A DNA stretch of 64,000 nucleotides from Parasitella parasitica NRRL 2501 (Eukaryota > Fungi > Mucoromycota). The translations under genes were made by a program, and so were the position numbers. Positions 61,396 to 64,000 of the stretch are shown here, piece by piece (within the stretch, counting starts at the first letter, position 1; each line of letters starts with the position of its first letter). The stretch spans positions 165,786 to 229,785 of the forward strand of contig MU619271.1 in NCBI GenBank assembly GCA_025201805.1, written 5' to 3'. A model generated the notes under the pieces. That model made no database searches, was not told the origin of the DNA, and was given only the letters and a program-made list of their open reading frames with translations.

Positions 61396-62385
61396 NNNNN
61401 NNNNNNNNNNNNNNNNNNNNNNNNNNNNNNNNNNNNNNNNNNNNNNNNNNNNNNNNNNNNNNNNNNNNNNNNNNNNNNNNNNNNNNNNNNNNNNNNNNNN
61501 NNNNNNNNNNNNNNNNNNNNNNNNNNNNNNNNNNNNNNNNNNNNNNNNNNNNNNNNNNNNNNNNNNNNNNNNNNNNNNNNNNNNNNNNNNNNNNNNNNNN
61601 NNNNNNNNNNNNNNNNNNNNNNNNNNNNNNNNNNNNNNNNNNNNNNNNNNNNNNNNNNNNNNNNNNNNNNNNNNNNNNNNNNNNNNNNNNNNNNNNNNNN
61701 NNNNNNNNNNNNNNNNNNNNNNNNNNNNNNNNNNNNNNNNNNNNNNNNNNNNNNNNNNNNNNNNNNNNNNNNNNNNNNNNNNNNNNNNNNNNNNNNNNNN
61801 NNNNNNNNNNNNNNNNNNNNNNNNNNNNNNNNNNNNNNNNNNNNNNNNNNNNNNNNNNNNNNNNNNNNNNNNNNNNNNNNNNNNNNNNNNNNNNNNNNNN
61901 NNNNNNNNNNNNNNNNNNNNNNNNNNNNNNNNNNNNNNNNNNNNNNNNNNNNNNNNNNNNNNNNNNNNNNNNNNNNNNNNNNNNNNNNNNNNNNNNNNNN
62001 NNNNNNNNNNNNNNNNNNNNNNNNNNNNNNNNNNNNNNNNNNNNNNNNNNNNNNNNNNNNNNNNNNNNNNNNNNNNNNNNNNNNNNNNNNNNNNNNNNNN
62101 NNNNNNNNNNNNNNNNNNNNNNNNNNNNNNNNNNNNNNNNNNNNNNNNNNNNNNNNNNNNNNNNNNNNNNNNNNNNNNNNNNNNNNNNNNNNNNNNNNNN
62201 NNNNNNNNNNNNNNNNNNNNNNNNNNNNNNNNNNNNNNNNNNNNNNNNNNNNNNNNNNNNNNNNNNNNNNNNNNNNNNNNNNNNNNNNNNNNNNNNNNNN
62301 NNNNNNNNNNNNNNNNNNNNNNNNNNNNNNNNNNNNNNNNNNNNNNNNNNNNNNNNNNNNNNNNNNNNNNNNNNNNNNNNNNNNN

Positions 62386-63870
62386 AGCACAACCCACTCC
62401 ACCAACATTTATAAGAGAACGCATAGTATGCTGTAGTATGCTGAATCATATTAGATGCACCCGACTTTGATCTTTTGCCTTTCAATAAGCGCCAAACTTT
62501 AGTTTATGATGTTACCAAACCATCTGCCTTCCTCAACTTCCCAGGATCCCGCAACTTCTTCGTTGATGGTCCAGGGGGTGCTGGAAAGACATTTGTGTTT
62601 AGTGTACTCCTTGGTCGTGTTAGACGAGAAGGTGATATTAGATTATTGCAATGGCATTTAATGAAAATGTTGCATTGTTGCTCAAAAGCGGACGTACTGC
62701 TCACTCTACCTTAAGGTAACTTTAGAGATTACCAACGCTAGCGTGTACGACATTTCGCCCCGCTCTGACTAGCATCATTTATCAAAGAGCAAAAATCATT
62801 GCTTGAGATGAATATTCAATGATCAGTAGGAATTGCTAAGTTGATCGTTCATTTCGTGAGTGCTTGAACAAAATCAGCTTTTGGCTAATGGTAGTCTCAG
62901 TGCAATTGCATACAAACATGAGAGTTTGACAAGCCCTTCGGACTGACAATCCAGGTCTTGCTAATGAACTTCAACACTTTGCTGATTATCGACTTCAGGT
63001 TGGTCAAATTACCGCTCCTACAATTACTCTGCTTAGAGATATGCCTTCAGATTTTATCCTAATTCCTGAGGAGATGCTCATATCTGGAGATAATTTGATT
63101 AATTTGATAAGAAGCATATTCTTTGATATTGCGACTAAGGCCAACAGTCTTGATTACTTTGCTGGGAGGGCTATCTTGATTGCAAAAAACAGAGATATCA
63201 AGGTGATAAACGATATACTCTTGGATTGCATTGAAGGGCGCAAAATGTCGTACGTCAGTAGTGGTCAAGCCTGCGAAGATAAATCTCAATTGACAATGCC
63301 GGTTGAGATGCTTAACACCATCGAAAATGGGTCTTTGCCTACTAAAATTCTTGATTTGAAAATTGGTGCTCCAATTATGGCAATCAGAAATATTGATCCT
63401 GCGGCTGGTATCTGTAATGGTACGAGATTAATCGTCAATTCACTCATGACGAATGTCATCGAAGCAATCATTGCTACTGGGCCCAATGCTGGCAACATTG
63501 TTCTTATCCCTAAAACCAAATTCATCTCTCTTCCCACTGAAGGCCTCTCACCTTTTGATTTTCAACGAATCCAGTTTCCCGTAAGACTGGCATTTGCGAT
63601 GACCATCAGGGCAAACGCTAAATTCTGTTGGTTTGTACCTGCCAGGCCATTTATTTGGTCATGGTCAACTGTATGTCGCACTATCACGTGTGAGGACGCC
63701 AACTTCTATCAAAGTAATGATCTCTGATGTTATATCCCGAATAGACAATCATACTGGGTCATATAATCACAATATCGTTTATCAAGAAGTTTTCTACAAT
63801 GCATAAGAACAAATAAAAAAATTATAAGCACTTTATTTCAATGGTAAAACTGGCCTGCGGCAGCACGAGC
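62386..63870 (+). mobile_element. Degenerate Helitron, PIF1-like helicase 3' portion
   Basis: FFVDGPGGAGKTF, GRAIL..KN, RNIDPAAGICNGTRL, QFPVRLAFAMTI, frameshift, QGQTL..VGLYL...FGHGQLYVALSRV, NIVYQEV. GC-rich imperfect hairpin at 63853-63870. Confidence 0.88.
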
Positions 63871-64000
63871 TGTAAATTTACCCTTCACTAAAGCGGTGTG
63901 CAAAATAATTTTTTTGCTCTTTCCACCTGGCTTTCTTTTCTCTACTTTAATTATAGTTCTATTTTACGTCATCAATACTAATTGGAACTACGCGTACACA

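Noticed and set aside
61215-62485. Long X-filled ORFs
   Set aside because: Gap artefacts; only the flanking Tc1 and Helitron fragments are real.
1-64000. tRNA, rRNA genes or the Mucorales sex locus (sexP/sexM, tptA, rnhA)
   Set aside because: No matching motifs were seen by eye.

Overview
Eukaryotic fungal DNA, by inference from a Mucorales genome (short GT-AG introns, long poly-A/T tracts, Mucorales-type transposons, Aladin and RED/IK genes retained), with several N gaps. Bases 1-13000 are an AT-rich transposon graveyard: a possible piggyBac end, an L1-like LINE split by a Tc1/mariner fragment, a solo LTR with an intact target-site duplication, further Tc1 relics and a decayed Mucorales multigene-family copy, with an SDR gene embedded. 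About 13-50 kb is a compact gene-rich block: ICMT-like methyltransferase, alpha-arrestin, MED5, GAB1/PIG-U, FZO1, an intact DD34E Tc1/mariner element, glutaredoxin, Sip3/Ysp1-like BAR-PH-VASt protein, an unusually long Spc19, a PAH-like protein, a GPI-anchored Cys-rich protein, a KH-domain protein, Aladin, RED/IK and a DYRK kinase. The right end holds a second solo LTR, two tandem Dal5-like MFS genes, PTC7, DAD1, a Tc1 fragment and a decayed Helitron. Best leads: a DASH subunit Spc19 with a long coiled coil and predicted C-terminal winged helix, whose stop codon overlaps that of a convergent gene; a structured non-coding segment at 41.9-42.3 kb; and a KH protein with an uncharacterised C-terminal domain. 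All calls come from reading motifs by eye; no searches were run.
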